Shown here one piece after another: positions 49,031 through 59,150 of a DNA stretch of 64,000 nt. The notes beneath the pieces are model-generated. The model was not told where the DNA came from and ran no database searches. It saw only the letters and a list, made by a program, of their open reading frames with translations. Origin of the DNA: Candidatus Latescibacterota bacterium (GTDB taxonomy: Bacteria > Latescibacterota > UBA2968 > GCA-2709665); the NCBI GenBank assembly GCA_965248435.1, contig OZ252100.1:1696001-1760000 (forward strand). Reading direction: 5' to 3'. The position numbers and the translations under genes are program-made. Each line of letters starts with the position of its first letter. Position 1 is the stretch's first letter.

Positions 49031-50560
49031 GTGGATACCAGACGAGGTAATGTCTTAACGCTTGATGAACTGAGTAAGAAGGTGACGCAACTCAAGACTG
49101 ACGGATCAAGGATCGTGATGTGCCACGGTGTCTTCGACTTGATGCATATTGGACACATCCGTCACTTCGAGGAGGCCAAAAAATTCGGAGACGTTCTACT
49201 CGTGACAATCACACCGGACCGATTTGTGAACAAGGGCGTCCATCGACCTGCGTTCCCACAATCCCTTCGTGCGGAAGCGGTAGCGGCTCTCGAGGTTGTG
49301 GATTTCGTCGCCATCAATCCTCAGCCAACAGCTGTAGATACGATTCGTCTACTGAGTCCCAATGTCTTCTGCAAAGGCAGTGAGTATCTCAGCAATCAAG
49401 TTGACGCCGAGAGCAACTTGCATCCTGAGATCAAAGCAGCAGAGGAGGTCGGCGCTCAGATCCAGTACACGAATGGCGTTGTCTTCAGTTCTTCTTCGCT
49501 ATTGAATAGCCACATTCGCACTTTTCCTACAAAGACAGAGGCCTGGCTTGACTCCTTCAGAGCCAGATACTCCTCCAAGGATATCATCGAGAGCCTGGAC
49601 AGGCTCCGATCATTGAAGGTTCTGGTCGTCGGAGAGGCAATCATCGATGAGTATGTCTCTTGCGATGTGATCGGAAAGTCGACGAAAGATCCGGTGCTTG
49701 CCGGCAAGTACACTTCCACTGAGGCATTCGCGGGCGGGAGCCTGGCAGTGGCAAATCATCTGGCGGGGTTCTGCGAACGCGTGGGTCTCATTACCTGTTT
49801 AGGAGAGATAGAACGTCGCGAAGCGTTTGTCCGCGGGACCCTCTTGCCTAACGTAGAAGCAACGCTCCTCACGAAACACAGGTCACCCACGATCCATAAA
49901 CGGAGATTCGTGGACGCATATACTCAGAATAAACTGTTTGAGCTGTATGTGATGAAAGACAAATCGCTCGAAGCCGAGGATGAGGCCAAGCTTCTGGACG
50001 CGTTCGAAGCGCAATTGAAGAACTACGATGTTGTCGTTGTAACAGATTACGGTCACGGAATGCTTACCCCCTCTTCTATTTCGGCACTTTGTGAAAGTAC
50101 GCGTTTTTTGGCTGTGAATGCACAGTCGAACGCGGGGAATCGAGGATTTAATCCGATTTCCAAGTACGGCCGCGCCGACTACGTTTGCTTGGCACATCAC
50201 GAAGTCGCAATGGAGACCCGAATGCGCGAGGGCGATTACAAGGATCTGCTGACTGAAGTTGCGCAGCGGATCGATTGCAGCCGATTCACGGTGACGCTTG
50301 GAAAATCTGGAAGCCTGCACTACGAGGAGAATCGTGGATTTACGGAAGTTCCCTCATTTGCGACACGGGTCGCTGATCGGGTTGGTGCGGGAGATGCTGT
50401 CCTCGCACTTACATCGCTCCTCGTGGCCCAGGATGAGGCCTGGGACGTGGTGGGATTCATAGGGAACGTGGCTGGTGCGCAGATGGTCACCGAACTGGGG
50501 AATCGGGTCCCGGTGAGCCGGGTCCCCCTGGCGAAACACATTATTTCTCTCCTGAAGTGA
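49031..50560 (+). CDS. Bifunctional cytidylyltransferase-family / PfkB kinase protein (RfaE/HldE-like, reversed domain order)
   Basis: HGVFDLMHIGH N-terminal domain; DYGHG and DRVGAGD PfkB motifs in the C-terminal domain. Confidence 0.9.
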   Translation: MDTRRGNVLTLDELSKKVTQLKTDGSRIVMCHGVFDLMHIGHIRHFEEAKKFGDVLLVTITPDRFVNKGVHRPAFPQSLRAEAVAALEVVDFVAINPQPTAVDTIRLLSPNVFCKGSEYLSNQVDAESNLHPEIKAAEEVGAQIQYTNGVVFSSSSLLNSHIRTFPTKTEAWLDSFRARYSSKDIIESLDRLRSLKVLVVGEAIIDEYVSCDVIGKSTKDPVLAGKYTSTEAFAGGSLAVANHLAGFCERVGLITCLGEIERREAFVRGTLLPNVEATLLTKHRSPTIHKRRFVDAYTQNKLFELYVMKDKSLEAEDEAKLLDAFEAQLKNYDVVVVTDYGHGMLTPSSISALCESTRFLAVNAQSNAGNRGFNPISKYGRADYVCLAHHEVAMETRMREGDYKDLLTEVAQRIDCSRFTVTLGKSGSLHYEENRGFTEVPSFATRVADRVGAGDAVLALTSLLVAQDEAWDVVGFIGNVAGAQMVTELGNRVPVSRVPLAKHIISLLK

Positions 50561-50566
50561 CGAAGA

Positions 50567-51565
50567 ATGAATAAGATTCGCACAGTATTGGTGACGGGCG
50601 GCGCCGGCTACGTTGGTGCGGTCCTGGTTCCCAAGTTGCTACACGAGGGGTATCGGGTGAGAGCCCTCGATCTCTACATCTATGGGGAGCACGTACTGGA
50701 CGCTGTCAAGGGCCATCCGTGTCTCGAACAAATCAAGGGAGATATCCGCAATCGCACCCTCTTAGAACGGGTTGTCGCGGGCTGTGACGCGGTCATCCAT
50801 CTGGCGTGCATTTCCAACGACCCCAGCTTTGACCTGGATCCCGAACTGGGACGTTCGATCAACTATGATGCCTTTCCAGCATTAGTGGAGGTATGCAAGA
50901 GGCAAGGTGTGCGTCGGTTCGTCTACGCCTCGTCTTCCAGCGTCTACGGCGTCAAAGCGGAAGACCAGGTAACCGAAAACCTGCCTCTAGAACCGCTGAC
51001 AGACTACTCAAAATACAAGGCGATGTGTGAAGATGTACTGCTGGCAGGACGCGAACCCGGGTTTGTGACCCTGATCCTTCGCCCCGCGACGGTGTGTGGG
51101 TATTCGCCCCGTTTGAGACTGGACTTGACGGTGAACATCCTGACCAATCACGCGTTCAACCGCAGGAAGATCACGTTGATGGGCGGCGAGCAGAAGCGCC
51201 CAAACATCCACATTGATGATGTTGCTCAGCTCTACCTCCAGTCTTTGAGATGGCCGGATGCACGCGTTGATGGGCAGATTTTCAATGCAGGTTATCAGAA
51301 CCTACCCTTGAGGGAAATTGCCGAGGTCGTGCGGAGCGTCGTCGGTAACGATGTGGAGATTGAGACGAAACAGACGGATGATCTGAGATCCTATCATATT
51401 TCGTCGGAGAAGATCAAGCAGGAGCTCGGGTTCAAGCCCAGCCATACGATTCAGGATGCTGTGAGAGATTTAGTTAATGCCTTTCGGGCTGGGAAGGTTC
51501 TCGAACCCATGGAGGGCATCCTCTATTCAAATATCAAGACGATGAAAGCCATAAAGTTCAAGTGA
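50567..51565 (+). CDS. NAD-dependent epimerase/dehydratase
   Basis: TGGAGYVG, HLACISNDP, YSKYK, RPATVCG. Confidence 0.9.
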   Translation: MNKIRTVLVTGGAGYVGAVLVPKLLHEGYRVRALDLYIYGEHVLDAVKGHPCLEQIKGDIRNRTLLERVVAGCDAVIHLACISNDPSFDLDPELGRSINYDAFPALVEVCKRQGVRRFVYASSSSVYGVKAEDQVTENLPLEPLTDYSKYKAMCEDVLLAGREPGFVTLILRPATVCGYSPRLRLDLTVNILTNHAFNRRKITLMGGEQKRPNIHIDDVAQLYLQSLRWPDARVDGQIFNAGYQNLPLREIAEVVRSVVGNDVEIETKQTDDLRSYHISSEKIKQELGFKPSHTIQDAVRDLVNAFRAGKVLEPMEGILYSNIKTMKAIKFK

Positions 51566-51581
51566 AAGGGGTAACCACCAG

Positions 51582-51710
51582 ATGAAAGTGGAATATGCTT
51601 GCCTCAAGGAACAGTTCGCTGATTCCAACGAGATCAGTGGAAAGAATAATCGGCCGATGAAGGTGAGATATACTAGCATCAAGGAACAGTTCGCTGATTC
51701 GGATGAAATC
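51582..51710 (+). repeat. Diverged tandem duplication (75-bp period) of a DegT gene start
   Basis: MKVEYACLKEQFADSNEI (51582) vs MKVRYTSIKEQFADSDEI (51657); identical core TCAAGGAACAGTTCGCTGATTC. Confidence 0.9.
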
Positions 51711-52757
51711 ATAGAAGAGATCAGAAGACTGGTCGCCAGGGGTGACTTCACTCTGGGTGCGCAGGTAGACGAATTCGAATCCAGGTTCGCCCAGCTAGTC
51801 GGAGCAAAGTATGCTGTTGGTGTCAACAGTGGGACGGACGCCTTGATGCTGAGCCTGAAGGCCCTTGGGGTCGGTCCGGGAGATGAGGTCATTACCGCTG
51901 CGAATACGTTTGTGGCCACCGCAGGAGCCATCAATGCTGTAGGTGCGCGGCCTGTATTCGTGGACGTTGCACCCTACTACACGATGGACCCAACTCGGGT
52001 CGAGGATGCGATTACCGAAAAGACGAAGGCCATTCTCCCAGTACACCTGACGGGTGAGCCGGCGGATATGGATGAGCTTCTGGCCCTGAGTCGTAAATAC
52101 GGGATTCAGATCGTCGAAGACGCCTGCCAGGCGATTCTAGCGGAGTATAAGGGCCGCAAAGCAGGAACCTTCGGAGCGATGGCCGGCTTCAGCCTGCACC
52201 CCCTGAAGAATCTAAACGTCTGGGGCGACGCCGGCATGATTGTTACGAATTCCGAGGAACACTACGGGGCATTGAGGTTGCTTCGAAACCACGGGTTGAA
52301 GAACAGAGACGAAATTGAGTTGTTTGGATACAACTCGCGTTTGGATACACTTCAAGCCATAGTCGGAAACTGGTTGATTGATAAAGTGGACCACATCACC
52401 GAAAAGCGAAGGGAAAACGCCCGACGATACGACGCGGCGTTCAATCTACTGAATGGATCACTCACACTCCCAACTCGGCGGACTCACGTTAAACACGTAT
52501 ATCACCTGTATGTTCTACAGGCTGAAGGTCGAGACGAGTTGCTCTCGCACATGACCGAGAACGGGATCTCGGTCAAGATCCATTACCCCATTCCGCTGCA
52601 TCTGCAGAAGGGTCTTGCCCATCTGGGATACAGGAAGGGCGATTTCCCGGAGGCTGAACGCCAGGCATCCTGTATCCTTACGCTTCCAGTCGACCAGCAC
52701 TTGACCGAGGATCAGCAGCAGGCGGTGATTGACGCTGTCGAGTCCTTTTACACCTGA
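51582..52757 (+). CDS. DegT-family aminotransferase (alternative start at 51657)
   Basis: NSGTDAL, EDACQA, SLHPLKNL, GYNSRLD. Confidence 0.95.
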   Translation: MKVEYACLKEQFADSNEISGKNNRPMKVRYTSIKEQFADSDEIIEEIRRLVARGDFTLGAQVDEFESRFAQLVGAKYAVGVNSGTDALMLSLKALGVGPGDEVITAANTFVATAGAINAVGARPVFVDVAPYYTMDPTRVEDAITEKTKAILPVHLTGEPADMDELLALSRKYGIQIVEDACQAILAEYKGRKAGTFGAMAGFSLHPLKNLNVWGDAGMIVTNSEEHYGALRLLRNHGLKNRDEIELFGYNSRLDTLQAIVGNWLIDKVDHITEKRRENARRYDAAFNLLNGSLTLPTRRTHVKHVYHLYVLQAEGRDELLSHMTENGISVKIHYPIPLHLQKGLAHLGYRKGDFPEAERQASCILTLPVDQHLTEDQQQAVIDAVESFYT

Positions 52758-52766
52758 TAGGGCCAC

Positions 52767-53414
52767 ATGAATTTATCACGCCTATCTCCCATTCGTTTGG
52801 GGATCGACTTTGACAATACGATCGTCGACTACGACGACCTCTTTAGGGAGACGGCCAAGGCGTTTGCACACGAATTTCGCTCGAAGGAGGAACTTCGATA
52901 CCACGTTCGGACCCTACCGGACGGAGAAACCACCTGGCAACAGATTCAAGCCGAAGTGTATGGAGAGAGGGTATCGGAAGCGAAATCAGTCGAGGGGTTT
53001 GATGCTTTCGTGAGGCGTTGTGACGCACTCTCCGTCCCCATCTTCGTTGTAAGCCACAAAACGAATTTTGCTGCCCAGAATTCAGATGTGAATCTGAGGA
53101 AGGCGGCGCTGGAATGGATGGAATCGCAAGGCTTCTTCGATGATCCGGAGGCCGGCCTAGCGCGATCTCGCGTGTTTTTTGAGGACTCACGAAAGTCCAA
53201 GATCTCGAGGATTCAAGACCTGCGATGCACGCATTTTATTGATGACTTAAGGGAAGTGTTCCTCGAGGAAAAGTTCCCAGAAGGTATCGTCAAGATCCTG
53301 CTTTCAAAGCACCGTCAGGAAGAGTTGAATGGGATTCTCACATTGGGTTCGTGGCAAGAAATATCGGGGTTTCTTCTTGGCAGGGAGTTATCGGGAATTG
53401 TCAGAGCGAATTAG
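52767..53414 (+). CDS. HAD-superfamily hydrolase/phosphatase
   Basis: GIDFDNT (DxD), VSHK, FIDDL. Confidence 0.8.
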   Translation: MNLSRLSPIRLGIDFDNTIVDYDDLFRETAKAFAHEFRSKEELRYHVRTLPDGETTWQQIQAEVYGERVSEAKSVEGFDAFVRRCDALSVPIFVVSHKTNFAAQNSDVNLRKAALEWMESQGFFDDPEAGLARSRVFFEDSRKSKISRIQDLRCTHFIDDLREVFLEEKFPEGIVKILLSKHRQEELNGILTLGSWQEISGFLLGRELSGIVRAN

Positions 53415-54435
53415 AGAGACGATCCAGAATCGGTTCAATAGCAAATTGATCCGGTTGGAGCAGATAAAGAGCGGAAACAACCGGGTGCTGAAAGCCTGCT
53501 GCGAGAATCATCGGTACTTTCTCGTCAAGGTATATCCTTTGACAGAAGATGATCAGCGGGATCGTCTGGGTGTCGAATTCCAGGCGTTGACATTCCTCCG
53601 AAAGAATGGGATGGTCGCTGTTCCAAGACCTCTCCACGCGGAAAGGAAAGAGGGTTTTGCTGTCTACGAGTTTATCGAGGGAACACCGATTCGACAAAAC
53701 GGTGTGGGCAGAGAGGATATTGAAATTGTAACCGACTTCTTGAAGGAACTCTCAGAGCTTTCGTTACTTCCTAACAGTGCCTCTTTGCCTGCCGCTTCGG
53801 AGGCTTGTGGGTCTTACAGTTCTTACGCGAATTCGCTCGAGCGGCGATTGAAGAGACTGCAAGCCATTTCCAGCGAGACCTCCCTGCACGAAGAAGCACA
53901 GCTGTTCTTAGAAACAGAGTTTATCCCTGTTTTCGAGGACACCAGGGCGCATTACTACGAAGCGCTGTCTGCAGTCAGCCTGGATCCTTCCGAGGGATTC
54001 CGTCGGGACCAGATGACGCTCAGTCCTTCCGACTTCGGGTTTCACAACGCCATCAAGAAGGCCGCGGGCGGTATCGCCTTTGTCGATTTCGAGTACTTCG
54101 GGTGGGACGATCCGGCGAAGATGATCGGAGATTTCCTTCACCACGCAGCCTTTTCATTGTCTGAAGATCTGAAGCAGTTGTTTATGAAGAATATGCTGAG
54201 CGTGTTTGGCCGAGACGGATCATTGCCCGACCGGGTGCGGCTGGTTCATCCCCTCATCGGTCTGAAGTGGTGTATGATCCTACTCAATGAGTTCCTGCCC
54301 GGTCCCCTTGAAAGGAGAAAGGCAGGGAATGGTTCTCTGACTATAGAGGACGCTTTGAATGGGCAATTGATGAAGGCGAGAAGAAAGCTCTCTGAGGTTG
54401 TAGAACAACGTAATTTGACTTACGAGGTTGCCTGA
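53398..54435 (+). CDS. Aminoglycoside-phosphotransferase/choline-kinase-fold kinase (start uncertain)
   Basis: SGNNRV, LVK, PSDFGFHN, VDFEYFGWDDP. Confidence 0.82.
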   Translation: MSERIRETIQNRFNSKLIRLEQIKSGNNRVLKACCENHRYFLVKVYPLTEDDQRDRLGVEFQALTFLRKNGMVAVPRPLHAERKEGFAVYEFIEGTPIRQNGVGREDIEIVTDFLKELSELSLLPNSASLPAASEACGSYSSYANSLERRLKRLQAISSETSLHEEAQLFLETEFIPVFEDTRAHYYEALSAVSLDPSEGFRRDQMTLSPSDFGFHNAIKKAAGGIAFVDFEYFGWDDPAKMIGDFLHHAAFSLSEDLKQLFMKNMLSVFGRDGSLPDRVRLVHPLIGLKWCMILLNEFLPGPLERRKAGNGSLTIEDALNGQLMKARRKLSEVVEQRNLTYEVA

Positions 54436-55257
54436 ATGGAGAACGACCGTCTGGATACCCGATCTCTGGAGTTGAGAAGAGACATCGTCTCTATGGTCGA
54501 ATATGGCGGCAGGGGTCATCTGGCCTCGGCATTTTCACTCGTAGAGATTCTGAGGGTGCTCTACGACGACATCTTGAAGGTGAGGCCGGGACAACCCGGT
54601 TGGTCGCACCGTGATCGCATGATCCTGAGCAAGGGGCACGGCTGCCTTGCGCTGTATGCGGTTCTTGCCGATAGAGGTTTTTTCGACAAAGAAGAATTCA
54701 AACGTGTCTGCAAATCTGACGGCATTCTCGGAGGTCACCCGGAATTCCCGAAGGTGCCCGGTGTGGAGGCGTCCACAGGCGCCCTTGGACACGGGATCTC
54801 GATCGGTATCGGCATGGCACTCTATGCCAAACACGAGGGGATGGGTCATAGGGTCTTCGTAGTGATCGGTGACGGGGAATGCAATGAAGGGTCCATATGG
54901 GAGGGAGCCCTTTCGGCAAGCAAACACGCGCTGGATAACCTTAGCGTCGTCATCGACTGTAACAAGATGCAGTCTTACGCCAGTACCTCAGAGGTCCTGA
55001 ACCTCGAGCCATTTACTGACAAATGGAAGAGCTTCGGGTTCGAGGTAAGGGATGTCGATGGTCACGATGTAAAGAGCATGGGCGAAATCTTTCGAGAGTT
55101 GCCTTTCAACCCGGGAAAACCGAGTGCCGTGGTTTGCCATACGGTTAAAGGCAAGGGTGTTCCCTATGTAGAGAACAATCTGTCCTGGCACCACAAAAGC
55201 CGAATGAAAGAAGAGGAAGTGTCATCGCTTTACGCGGACTTAAGGAGTGAAGCTTGA
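54436..55257 (+). CDS. Transketolase-like protein, N-terminal (TPP-binding) subunit
   Basis: LSKGH, STGALGHG, GDGECNEG, TVKGKG, WHH. Confidence 0.95.
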   Translation: MENDRLDTRSLELRRDIVSMVEYGGRGHLASAFSLVEILRVLYDDILKVRPGQPGWSHRDRMILSKGHGCLALYAVLADRGFFDKEEFKRVCKSDGILGGHPEFPKVPGVEASTGALGHGISIGIGMALYAKHEGMGHRVFVVIGDGECNEGSIWEGALSASKHALDNLSVVIDCNKMQSYASTSEVLNLEPFTDKWKSFGFEVRDVDGHDVKSMGEIFRELPFNPGKPSAVVCHTVKGKGVPYVENNLSWHHKSRMKEEEVSSLYADLRSEA

Positions 55258-56198
55258 GAGCGACAGCGCTTGAGTGTGTCACGGAACAGGCTCGGATTGA
55301 CAACAGGATATTCTTCATCGGATCGGACCTTGGTGAAGGCACTCTTGATGAGTTCAAACAGGATATGCCGGACCGCTTCCTGATGGAAGGGATATCCGAG
55401 GCGAACATCATTGGGCTGGCGGCGGGTCTGGCACTGGAAGGTAAGATTCCATACGTAAACACGATTGCGACCTTTCTGACGCGGCGGTGCTTCGAACAGA
55501 TCGCCATTGATCTATGTCTGCATAATCTGAAGGTTCGACTGATCGGCAACGGGGGAGGGCTTGTGTATGCTCCACTGGGACCTACCCATATGGCGATCGA
55601 GGATCTGGCGATCATGCGTTCGCTGCCGAACATGACCGTCGTCGCCCCTGCGGATGCCGATGAAATGCGTCGATTGATGCCACTCACGGTGGATTATCCC
55701 GGCCCCATCTATATCCGGCTGGCAAAAGGCTACGAGCCCATCGTGACTACAAATGATGTTCCCTTCCAGATCGGAAGGGCGATTCCGATGCGTGAGGGGT
55801 CCGATGTGCTGATCGTGACAACAGGCATCACGCTGAAAATGGCTCTGTCAGCCTCAGAGCATCTTAGCCAGGCGGGCATCGAGGCCGCTGTCCTCCACGT
55901 ACCAACAATCAAGCCTCTGGACATCGATGCGATTTTGAATATGGCTGCTTCGGTCAGAGCGATCGTGACAGTGGAGGAACATACTATTACGGGAGGCCTG
56001 GGCAGTGCGGTGGCGGAAGTGATCTCAGAGGCAGATTTTGAAACACCTAAATTGTTTCGTCGGATCGGCATACCAGACACCTTTCCGGATCAATATGGAT
56101 CTCAGAAGAGCCTTATGTCTCGCTACAACATTACTCCAGAGGAGATTGCTTCCGTAGCCGAAAGAACTCTGGAAAAAGCGAAGAGATCCCTCTTTTAG
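55254..56198 (+). CDS. Transketolase-like protein, C-terminal subunit
   Basis: GISEAN, GPTH, YIRL, TIKPLD, VEEH..GGLGS. Confidence 0.95.
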   Translation: MRATALECVTEQARIDNRIFFIGSDLGEGTLDEFKQDMPDRFLMEGISEANIIGLAAGLALEGKIPYVNTIATFLTRRCFEQIAIDLCLHNLKVRLIGNGGGLVYAPLGPTHMAIEDLAIMRSLPNMTVVAPADADEMRRLMPLTVDYPGPIYIRLAKGYEPIVTTNDVPFQIGRAIPMREGSDVLIVTTGITLKMALSASEHLSQAGIEAAVLHVPTIKPLDIDAILNMAASVRAIVTVEEHTITGGLGSAVAEVISEADFETPKLFRRIGIPDTFPDQYGSQKSLMSRYNITPEEIASVAERTLEKAKRSLF

Positions 56199-56210
56199 AA
56201 AGGATTGCTC

Positions 56211-56873
56211 GTGGGAAAGCTCCTCAATCTTTTCACCCCGCTTCACAGACGGACCAAACGCGACTACTTGGGGCGGATGATGGATGACAAAGTGCATTGT
56301 ATGATGAAGGCAAAGGAGTATAAACTCGATTATTGGGACGGCGACCGGAGGTACGGATACGGCGGGTACGTCTACGATGGCCGCTGGAAGGGGGTTGCCG
56401 AGGAGTTTATCCAGATCTACGACCTGAGGAACGATTCCAGGATTCTGGACGTTGGGTGCGGTAAAGGTCATCTGCTTTACGAACTGAAAAAGCTGTTGCC
56501 GAACGCATACATTCAGGGCTTGGATATCTCCAGACACGGAATCGGAGATGCGCCGGAAGCGATAAAGGATTCCCTCTTCATCCATCGGGCTGAGGAGGCC
56601 CTCCCCTATGAGGACGACGAGTATGACCTCGTTATCTCCCTAGGATGCCTGCACAATTTGCGCCTCTTCCAACTTGAAACGGCAGTAGCGGAAATAGAGC
56701 GCGTAGGAAAAACGAAATATGTCATGGTGGAAAGCTACCGGAATGAACAGGAACTGTTCAACCTTCAGTGCTGGGCGTTGACCGCGGAAACATTCCTCGA
56801 CAAAGAGGAGTGGGTTTGGATTTACGACCACTTCGACTACACCGGGGACTACGAATTCATATACTTTGAATGA
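56211..56873 (+). CDS. Class I SAM methyltransferase
   Basis: YWDGDRRYGYGGY, LDVGCGKG, LHNL. Confidence 0.88.
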   Translation: MGKLLNLFTPLHRRTKRDYLGRMMDDKVHCMMKAKEYKLDYWDGDRRYGYGGYVYDGRWKGVAEEFIQIYDLRNDSRILDVGCGKGHLLYELKKLLPNAYIQGLDISRHGIGDAPEAIKDSLFIHRAEEALPYEDDEYDLVISLGCLHNLRLFQLETAVAEIERVGKTKYVMVESYRNEQELFNLQCWALTAETFLDKEEWVWIYDHFDYTGDYEFIYFE

Positions 56874-56886
56874 ATCGGAGTAGATC

Positions 56887-57936
56887 TTGATTTCACGAGC
56901 TGTCAAAGCTGCAATCCTGGTCGAGTTGAATCAGCCGCTCGTCGTGGCCGATATCGAACTTCCAAAAGAGTTATGCTTCGGCCAAGTGCTGGTAAAGGTC
57001 CATTATAGTGGCATCTGTGGAGCCCAGATCAACGAGATCGAGGGAGCCAAGGGCCCGGACAAGTTTCTACCCCACCTGCTCGGTCACGAGGGTTCGGCGA
57101 CCGTGCTGGATGTAGGACCAGGCGTGAAGACGGTCAAGAAGGACGATCACGTCGTAATGCACTGGCGGCCGAGCAGCGGGCTGCAGTCGGAGACGCCGTC
57201 CTATCGCTGGAACGGCCGCGAGTTGAACGCGGGGTGGGTGACTACCTTCAATAACTATGCCGTTGTGTCAGAAAATCGCCTCACCCCCATCCCGAAGGAT
57301 TTCGACCTGAAACTCGCGCCCCTGTTCGGCTGCGCGGTGACAACGGCGATGGGTGTGATCAATAACGACGCCCGCGTCAAGATCGGGCAGTCCGTGGTGA
57401 TCTTTGGAGTCGGTGGCGTGGGACTAAATATCGCGCAGGCCGCCAGCATGGTATCAGCACATCCGATTGTTGCGGTGGATCTGTCTGATTCAAAGCTCGA
57501 GATGGCCAGGAAATTTGGGGTCACCGACGTGTTAAACGCCAATACGGCGTCCAACCTGGCAACACAAATCCTTGAGATTGTCGGGGAGCGTGGTGCGGAT
57601 GTGGTTGTGGACACGACAGGAAATTCCCGTGTGATCGAACAAGCTTACGAGCTGACCCATCCCGACGGAAAGACGATTCTTGTTGGTGTGCCCTCGAAGG
57701 GGGACAATATCTCCATCTATTCCCTTCCGCTGCACTTCAAAAAAGTCCTCACCGGCTCCCACGGGGGCAGCTCCGAACCCCACCTTGAGATCCCGCGCTA
57801 CATCCGTCTCTGCCGAACCGGCAGGATGCAACTGGACGGCCTCATCACCCACGAATTCAGCCTGGATCAGATCAACGAAGCCATTGAGGTGGTCAGCAAC
57901 CGCGAGGCCGGTCGAGTTCTTGTTGTTATGGATTGA
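56887..57936 (+). CDS. Zinc-binding (MDR) dehydrogenase
   Basis: GICG, GHEG, GCAVTT, GVGGVG. Confidence 0.92.
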   Translation: MISRAVKAAILVELNQPLVVADIELPKELCFGQVLVKVHYSGICGAQINEIEGAKGPDKFLPHLLGHEGSATVLDVGPGVKTVKKDDHVVMHWRPSSGLQSETPSYRWNGRELNAGWVTTFNNYAVVSENRLTPIPKDFDLKLAPLFGCAVTTAMGVINNDARVKIGQSVVIFGVGGVGLNIAQAASMVSAHPIVAVDLSDSKLEMARKFGVTDVLNANTASNLATQILEIVGERGADVVVDTTGNSRVIEQAYELTHPDGKTILVGVPSKGDNISIYSLPLHFKKVLTGSHGGSSEPHLEIPRYIRLCRTGRMQLDGLITHEFSLDQINEAIEVVSNREAGRVLVVMD

Positions 57937-57975
57937 GAGCTACTGGATCTTACGGCGATATGAAAGGTGATTTAG

Positions 57976-59085
57976 ATGGAGGTTCGTTATCTCGACCTGA
58001 GTGTGCGTGATCCTCTTCTCAAGAAGGACCTGTTGGGCGCGGTCGAAAATATTTTGAGACACGGTCAAGTCTTGCTGGGCCCTGAGGTGGAAGAACTTGA
58101 ATCGAAGTTGGCAGATTACTGTGACCGAAGATTCGCCGTAGGTGTCAGTTCCGGGACAGACGCCCTCTATCTGGCGCTTCGGGCCCTAGGCATCGGCCCC
58201 GGTGACGAGGTCATCACCACTCCCCTGTCGTGGATTGCGACGGTCAACGCCATCGTAGTGGCAGGTGCGACGCCGGTTTTCGTCGACATCGGCACCGATT
58301 TGAACATCAACGCCGACCTGATATCCAGCGCGGTCACGCCCCGTACCAAGGCCATCGTTCCGGTTCACTTTAGCGGCAAGATGTGTGATATGGACCGAAT
58401 CTGCACGGTCGCTGACGAACACGACCTTAGCATCGTTGAGGACGCAGCTCAGGCATTCGGGGCCCATTTAGGACCCGGTCGACGGGCCGGCTCCTTTGGC
58501 CGGGTTGCTTGCTTTAGTATGAACCCAATGAAGGTCCTCCACTCCTATGGCGAGGCGGGGGCGGTGCTCACCAACGACAAAACGCTCAGGGATACGATCG
58601 TTACTCTCCGTTATGCAGGAACCGTTAACCGTGAGGATTGTCACCATCCCTGCCTCAACTTCCGCATCCAGACAATCCAGGCGGCGCTTCTCTTGGTCGA
58701 GTTCAATCGGATTGATCGCATCGTCCAACGTCGCCGAGAAATCGCTGGGACATACGGTGAAGGCCTACGGAGTGTGGTCGAGTGTCCCCAGGAAGACCCT
58801 GGCTCCAGCCATGTGTACTATACATACACAGTCCAGGCAGAAAATCGGGACCAACTCAAACACTTCCTGGCAGGCAAAGGCATTGAGACCAAGATTCACC
58901 ACGCCCTGCTGGCGCCGAATCATTCCGCCTACAAAGGCAAGTTCAGGGTAAACATCCCAACTGCCGAGCGCTTACACAAAAGGATCCTCTCCATCCCTAA
59001 TCACGAGAAGATGACGAACGCCGAAGTCGAATATGTCATTTCGTCTATCCAGAAGTTCTATGGAGCCACGTTAGCAACGCGATAG
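57976..59085 (+). CDS. DegT-family aminotransferase
   Basis: SSGTDAL, EDAAQAFG, SMNPMKVL. Confidence 0.95.
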   Translation: MEVRYLDLSVRDPLLKKDLLGAVENILRHGQVLLGPEVEELESKLADYCDRRFAVGVSSGTDALYLALRALGIGPGDEVITTPLSWIATVNAIVVAGATPVFVDIGTDLNINADLISSAVTPRTKAIVPVHFSGKMCDMDRICTVADEHDLSIVEDAAQAFGAHLGPGRRAGSFGRVACFSMNPMKVLHSYGEAGAVLTNDKTLRDTIVTLRYAGTVNREDCHHPCLNFRIQTIQAALLLVEFNRIDRIVQRRREIAGTYGEGLRSVVECPQEDPGSSHVYYTYTVQAENRDQLKHFLAGKGIETKIHHALLAPNHSAYKGKFRVNIPTAERLHKRILSIPNHEKMTNAEVEYVISSIQKFYGATLATR

Positions 59086-59150
59086 CCGCGAACGATAATG
59101 TTTTGCTCCGTTCCGTCGCGCCTAATAAAGCGAGGCGAAGAGAAAAGTCG

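Noticed and set aside
54436-56198. Housekeeping transketolase or a split pseudogene
   Set aside because: The two-subunit form with coupled stop/start is typical of glycan-cluster TPP enzymes and both halves are intact.
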